Positions 57,864-64,000 of a stretch of DNA of 64,000 nucleotides are shown in pieces (positions within the stretch are counted from its first letter, which is position 1; every line of letters starts with the position of its first letter). The stretch is from positions 28,437 through 92,436 of the forward strand of contig JAAPAO010000070.1 of assembly GCA_013115145.1 (NCBI GenBank), in the 5' to 3' direction. Origin of the DNA: Perkinsus chesapeaki ATCC PRA-425. Its lineage: Eukaryota; Protista; Perkinsozoa. Both the position numbers and the translations under genes were made by a program. Under the pieces are notes generated by a model. It did no database searches. It was not told the DNA's origin and saw only the letters and a list, made by a program, of their open reading frames with translations.

Positions 57864-58330
57864 CTAAGTATGATTATGAATTCGTAAGATATATCGATAC
57901 TCCTCATCAGATGACCACTTGGGGTATCTACCAGCAACCATAGTATGTGAAGTGTGGTTAATAGTGGTAACCAACACATCTTTATCCTGATCATATTCGA
58001 ACTCGGTGAGATCTCCAGTACCAAAATATAGTGGTGCCGAACAAAGCCTCGCCGTTCGATTGGTCAACGATTCGTGATGCTGCTTGCTTAGCTCGTCATT
58101 CTTGAATTCATAGTGATAATACTTTCTCGGCTTTCTTGGAGGTACAGCCAGCCTAGGGCACCGCGCCTCGGAATGAGGCACTGTGTGTTGGCCACAAGGA
58201 AACCATCACAGTTAAAGGCCATCCACTGGATGGCATCCAGTTGACATCAATACACAACGGACGTCCAGGCGCCAGTTCACCTTATTTGTAATAGGCAGTA
58301 GGTTCCCTACACTGCTGAGCCCAGAGGTGT
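57864..58330 (-). pseudogene. Disrupted paralogue of the 59290-59742 secreted-protein gene
   Basis: C-terminal EFEYDQDKDVLVTTINHTSHTMVAGRYP resembles FNYYPVSNLLVTSINHTRATMEAGECP. The upstream part is broken by stops or frameshifts. Confidence 0.5.
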
Positions 58331-59289
58331 AGCTCGAGGAAACCCTTGAAGATCGGACGAATCATGTTCTGAGGTTGGCAAAATGTTACGAGCTTGCGGA
58401 GTTAGCTAGCCTAGCGGCTTTATCGGCTATAAATTCATTTTGCACGCTGCACTTGTGAGCAGAACATGGTTAATCCTTGGCGTGTGGTGTTGCGATGTTC
58501 TGACTAAACAGAAAGATATTGAGACTCCAGGTATATGTTCAATGCTTCAAACTCTGAGTTGCAGTTATCACACAGTGGAGTGGGTAGCAGGTGGATACAT
58601 TTGAACGCATGCCACGCTTCTCACAAGGTGATAAAAGAGTCTCGAACTGCCGGATGAATTCTCGTCATTGTGTATATTTCAGGAGGTATCCTGCAACGCC
58701 AGGAGTGTATTTGACCTATGCCTGCGAAGACCTCAAGACTGCTGAAGTCCTCGGTAGTGTGAGCCCCGCCTAGGCCTTCTGTTATATCTGCTCCCTTCAC
58801 CACGGTTCAGCCACTCGGATCTGATTGCGCTTCGGGACGACACGGCAGCACGTTTGCCAGCACGATGAAGCAAAGCATCGTCAATTCTATATCCTCATCT
58901 ACCGTACTTGTGTCGAAGCTACGCTCTTGAACTGTTCAAGTTAAACACGGTTCTTCTTCGTGCCCATTTCTCAAGTGCGTTTCCGCAGCACATAGCGCTG
59001 GTACTCTGCGCTGCGTTGCACAATGCAGGCCTTTCTCGTTAAACGTCAAGGGAGCATCTTGTCGCCCGCGTAGTAAGAGGCTCTTTCGTAGAGTGTGATC
59101 TCTTCACCCAACTGTCGACTACTCATCCGTTTAACGCAATATCGAATACACATGAAAAGTCCAGAAAATTATGAATGCAGCTGCCTACAAGGCCGCAGCT
59201 TAAGAGTCATCATGAAGTACAGATAAATGGAGTATACCGGATTCTAGAATCGGGCCGCATAATATTTGAGGGTAGACCCAAATAGCTAA

Positions 59290-59721
59290 TCAGGGGCATT
59301 CACCGGCCTCCATAGTCGCCCTAGTGTGGTTGATACTGGTAACCAACAGATTGCTAACTGGGTAGTAGTTGAAAGTAAAAAGATCTCGTGGTTTCCGAAC
59401 TCGATATAATGATACATGGCATCTTGTCATCACCAGATCGATGAACGACTTGTATTCGCCTTCGCCCTTCTCCGTGACCTCGTAACGATCACTGCTGTCT
59501 TCTTGTAGTCGTAGCACGCCACTGAGCATCGTTCTTCCCTCATCGTAACAAACTACAGTGATGTTGACCCTGCCTTCACTTTCGAAGTCCTTCCAGTTTG
59601 TTACGACGCACCAATGGGCAACCCTCCTTCTCCTTCTTGTCACGTAGTATTGACCAGCCGGCGTTCTCTCATGTGCCAAGAGATACACCTTGAGGAGCAT
59701 AAGCAGAAGTGGACGGATCAT
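59290..59721 (-). CDS. Single-exon lineage-specific putative secreted protein (~143 aa)
   Basis: Signal-peptide-like MIRPLLLMLLKVYLLA followed by TPAGQYY, in an intronless ORF. Confidence 0.65.
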   Translation of the reverse strand: MIRPLLLMLLKVYLLAHERTPAGQYYVTRRRRRVAHWCVVTNWKDFESEGRVNITVVCYDEGRTMLSGVLRLQEDSSDRYEVTEKGEGEYKSFIDLVMTRCHVSLYRVRKPRDLFTFNYYPVSNLLVTSINHTRATMEAGECP

Positions 59722-59991
59722 ATTTCGAAATTTGAAAATCAAAGATCGGAAGATTTGTCGATGTTACCGATAACCATGAACGAGAGATACAACCCGATTG
59801 CGTATGTAGCTAAAATGATCCTCAATCTATATATGCGTGTGCTTCCACGCAGGCTCACAGTACGTGTTGCTTGTTCCTCGTTCATATGGACGAACACAAT
59901 GCGAGAAGGGAGTCTACAAAGGCTTCTTCTTATTCAGCTTACATTCGTAGGGGGATTTAGCTGGGCACGCATGTACAAGGGAGCGAGCGGC

Positions 59992-60080
59992 GCACATGGA
60001 GCTCCATGTGCTCCATTCTGGCTCCATGGAGCGCCAGAATTCTTAGCCCAGGATAACGCTCAAGAAAGAGGCTCTTTCTT
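59992..60080. repeat. Palindrome cluster (GCACATGGAG|CTCCATGTGC; GCTCCATGGAGC; AAGAAAGAG-G-CTCTTTCTT)
   Basis: Read directly at 59992-60011, 60021-60032 and 60062-60080. Confidence 0.93.
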
Positions 60081-61580
60081 CCAAAGAGCCCAAAAGAGTG
60101 ATTTTCTTCAACCGCCTCCCTCCCCTTCAGAATGGGGGGGGGGGACCCGCAGACATTGATCAATTCGCGATGGCATACTTCTCCCAACTTAGCTAGTAGC
60201 TGCTGGCGCGGCTTATCCACGATACGATGCGTATGGTACAACTACTATCCAAGTCTTTAATAGGCCTACAAAGGCGACATAGTGCAGCGTTTTATCACTT
60301 CCTTCAAGCAAACAGTGGCGCAGCTGGCCTTGGCACAAGGGGGCAGAGTAGGGGTGGGTTAGTATCTCGGGGGGTCTCGAAACTCGAAATTCGAGCCGAA
60401 AGTTATTACGCCGTGGGTAGCTACGGAGTCACAGTGCACGCGTACGAGGCCCACAATCGCGCGATACACAGTGCGCATGAGTGCTTTGTTCACTGTTATT
60501 CTAGTATTCGGGTTTTCTTCCTGCGATATCGTTCTCATCAAGCTCGGATGAGTCGGCTTTCATCTGATGATGAAACGCGCTGGTGAGGCGCAAGACCCGT
60601 CTGGGATTGCAAAGCGCCCCTAAAACAGGGGAGGGTACCGCTCATGCCGTAGCCAATATGCTCTTCTACTGTCTAAGGACTTGAGCTATGTGCAAGTGCA
60701 GCTATAATGCTCAACAAGTGCATGACCAGGGTAATGACATATTCTGCATAAACTATGCAATCTTAGGCTCTTCTCATTCGACAATCATAGCGTGACTTCT
60801 CGAGGTTAATTGCGGAAGCCTCGTCCATCTATTTTATGGATAGATAACGATTATTCAACAATATGATTCAGCAGGACTCATTCGTGTTAATACTGTGAAG
60901 GGCAGCGTGCTCGATAGTTAATATCGGGCATAATGTTTAACCCACCCACTTCCGCTCTGTTGCCACCCACAACCCACACAGTTGTCAGCGACAACTTGTC
61001 ACTAACCAGGTAAGTTTAGTAAACCTGGCTAACTGCGTCCGTGTTGTGTACGTTTTTTGTCGGCTTTCCGCCAACGATTTGGTGTAGAGCTTCCAGCTTT
61101 GTGACCTGTTTTTGTGGATTTAGGCTCGAACACAGATAAACTCTCTCATCAGAGTTCCGAGCATCAGTGCTCGGGACTGTTAATTACACCAATAGAAATG
61201 TGGATCGTAACACGATTTCCAAAAAGAATTCTCCGGCGTCCTATTGGGAGATAGAAATGTAGGAATTCTACTCACTTGTAGTCTACAAGTTGTAGAGGGA
61301 CACTCATTGCAGTGTGGAAATGCTCATGGTTACACATTTGTATTGTGACATCATAATCAGTGCTGTGAGCAGCGAATGTCCCTCCTAGTGCATGTTTGCT
61401 ATGGGCGTCCACCATGGGTGACTCTCCTTCCAAGGATGGAACGTGCATTCACTCAGCTATGCGCTAAACCTGCTATCCCCAGGAAAACCCGTCCGGAGCG
61501 GGGTGAGCCTGGCGGGTCGTCCCGTAGTTTCATCCCTAGTCGTTGACTCAACGCGAAGCGAATCACTCTGCGCTATTACA

Positions 61581-61625
61581 GGGAAGTAACTTATGATTAG
61601 ATAATCTAATCATAAGTTACTTCCC
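61581..61625. repeat. Perfect 22-1-22 palindrome GGGAAGTAACTTATGATTAGAT-A-ATCTAATCATAAGTTACTTCCC
   Basis: Read directly. An outer GCGCTA/TAGCGC pair extends it to ~61570-61636. Confidence 0.97.
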
Positions 61626-61666
61626 TTTTATAGCGCGTTATCCTTGCGAACTTCCCACATGGGGAG

Positions 61667-61691
61667 TCCCACTGGCAAGTTGCCAGTGGGA
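61667..61691. repeat. Perfect 12-1-12 palindrome TCCCACTGGCAA-G-TTGCCAGTGGGA
   Basis: Read directly from the sequence. Confidence 0.97.
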
Positions 61692-62187
61692 ATTGCGGAG
61701 TCATATCTAGTACCGTAATCATGCGGAGACGCATTAAATGCTTTAAATGCTGGGACGCATTGAAATACATCAAAGCCTACGCATGACATTGGGTAGTGAG
61801 TTACTACCAGTAACTACTACCGTGACTCATTGGGGTGGTAAAATTATATCATAAATTCTAAGTAAACTTCGGTTATACAACTACTACACCATTTACCGAG
61901 GTTTGATTAAGTCGGCCTCCTTGAAGAAGTGCCGGAGTTCGACGAGTCATCACTGATGACTCATCAGCTGGATAATTCGTTCGCACGCACGCACACACCC
62001 ACTCAGTCACATACGCGCCAAGTGTTATTAAAGTGAGAGTATACGCTTCGCTCGCTCCGCAATTTGGTGTGGGCTTCAATTAGTAGCTTTGAGGTCTCAC
62101 TAACTTGGTGTCGGCTTCATTCATTCGCGCTGAGGTTTTACTAATTAGGTCTGGGCTTCATGTAGAGAGGTCTAAAATTGCTAGAAA

Positions 62188-62311
62188 TGTTGTAGGCTAC
62201 AACAGGTGTAGTAGCTACTACTTGAAGCTACTACACCAGTTACTACTCCACTGTAGACTACAGTCTGGCAGACTGTCAGACTACACACTGAGTCTGTAGT
62301 AGTGTAACTGG
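62188..62311. repeat. Nested palindrome cluster built from GTAG/CTAC/CAGT words
   Basis: TGTTGTAG-G-CTACAACA (62188-62204), GTAGTAGCTACTAC (62208-62221), CTGTAG-A-CTACAG (62251-62263), CAGTCTG-G-CAGACTG (62261-62275), and an outer CCAGTTAC/GTAACTGG pair (62236-62311). Confidence 0.92.
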
Positions 62312-64000
62312 GATTTACTGATTCAAGTTCGAGGAATTCTATCATAGTCATTCTGGGATTTGTAACGGTGAATATTATATTAATTATATATCACTATATC
62401 ACTATAAGTATCAATATTATTAGTATTACTACCGCGAACAATGAGCAAGCTAGTATATTGTGTTGCAGCTTGACAAGCTGATATCAATCGCGGAAAGTAG
62501 AACTTGCCCTGTTATATATTATAATATTTAAGTTACGGGCGCTCGCGGCATGTGCAGATGGTAGTGTACTATCTGAAGGCTATGGCTATTGGTAGGTGCT
62601 AGCGTTTAAATGAGTACCTTAATAGCCGGAAGTTAATCTATATGAGATCGTTCTGCGTATCTCCCCTATAGGAGGAGCGGAGAAGTATGATGTCACAACC
62701 ACTGTATCCGTAGATGATAAGCTATGCTTTTTACTGGTAATAAAAGATGATAGACTTGGTACAGATAATCAATTCAGGCCCTGAATCAATTCAGGCGGCC
62801 ACCGGCTGTTTCGGCTCCGTCACGCTCTTAGTCAACAACTCAACCGATGTCACCTCAAGCGGCTTAATTGAGCCTGGCGGCTCCAGGTAGTATTGTGTTG
62901 TATTATGTTGTCAATGTCGTGGTTCGATGGAGTATAGTATGTTAGCATATGTTGTTAGGCAGGTTGTGTACGTCAGACGAGTTTATCAACGCCTGATATG
63001 CAACTGACATTAATAGACCGACAACTACTGAAGGTAGAGTGCTAGAGAGTTGTTAAGCGGGCGATTGTGTGAAACAGACAGGATGCTAAATTTGATCCAA
63101 TGAATATGACCTATTTCCGAGGAAGGCTCACGATGCTATACCTAGTGCTAACAGTTAACTGTTGCTGGGGTTGAGGCAACGTTATTCTGTAGGTGCTGAA
63201 GCTAAGCTGTCGAGTGGGGAATCGGTATTATTATGATTGGTTTTTATGGGAAATTAGTGTTGGAATATTAGTGGAAAATGGCGAGTTCAATATGAATATG
63301 AGTCGACCCATACTCTATGGCTTGGGTTACTACTGAAAATGGAAACCTGATCAAGGCCTTTTTGTTGGTCTGAATTTGGTAGGAATTACGTACATGAACA
63401 TTCTATTGCACAACTTTGAATGCTTATTTCTCATTGAATATCGATCGTAATGGCTCATCATCCACCACCATACAACATATGCTGCTTGCAGGTTGATGTT
63501 AGTAATAACAAAGATAGACTCCCAACGAAAATGACGACGAGTTCTCCGCTTTTTTCGATCGATTTAGTAAGCCTCGTGTCCTACCACATGTCCGCCACTT
63601 CCAGTAGCCTGAAGGCTCTGATGCAAAAGTTATATATCATCACAGCGGTCACCTCAAAGCGAATCAATCTTTCGCCTTTTACTGAAGAATTGCCGTGGGG
63701 AATGACTGCACTGATATGAACTCATATACTTTTTGCAGAGCTCATGCTCCAACATGGAATACAATTTAGATGGTAAATCATGGATCGGTTGAAAAAATTC
63801 ACGTGCAGTGACACCAAAAGTTACACCTTGGGTTTATCGCTCTCTTCACTACCAAGTATCGGTCATATTATACATCTAAAAACTCACTGTATTGCTATTT
63901 CATACTATCCTTGCGGGAGGGGCAATAGCGCTTTTTGCTAGTTGAAAACTACTCCAATTCCCGTCGTAAGATTCTAACGGATTTTATCGCAATTTTTAGG

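Noticed and set aside
58621-58803. SLEVFAGIG, resembling motif I (FxGxG) of C5 DNA methyltransferases
   Set aside because: A single short motif in a 60-aa ORF. No PC or ENV catalytic motifs were found nearby.
63200-63719. Short open frames near the right end
   Set aside because: Interrupted in all frames with no recognisable motif, so they cannot be supported as a gene.

Overview
Eukaryotic genomic DNA, most likely from a perkinsid alveolate (Perkinsus sp.). This assignment is inferred from the short (~40-70 nt) AT-rich GT-AG introns, the gene content and the style of the lineage-specific secreted proteins; it was not confirmed by a search. The window has two compartments. An AT-rich housekeeping compartment (~1-3.8 kb and ~6.9-50.6 kb) holds a P4-ATPase flippase (partial), cornichon, an SPX protein, a ~15 kb cytoplasmic dynein heavy chain, and then an almost entirely + strand array: tepsin, condensin II CAP-H2, organellar EF-P, acylamino-acid-releasing enzyme, MCM2, a Trp-rich protein, RPP30, a membrane protein, bacterial-type CMP kinase, inverted RPS27 and a SHIPPO-repeat protein. 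A more GC-balanced accessory compartment (~4-6.8 kb and ~50.7-64 kb) holds signal-peptide genes (including a GNAT acetyltransferase), decayed ORFs, a partial gene duplication and many perfect palindromes, mostly with a 1-nt spacer. Best leads: (1) a mitochondrion-type EF-P with no domain III, in a lineage known for mitochondrial frameshifting; (2) a Cmk with a tripartite plastid-type presequence; (3) a dynein-1 heavy chain apparently trimmed at both ends; (4) the palindrome system; (5) a signal-peptide GNAT. No rRNA, tRNA, CRISPR array or transposase could be supported. All exon boundaries were read by eye and are approximate.
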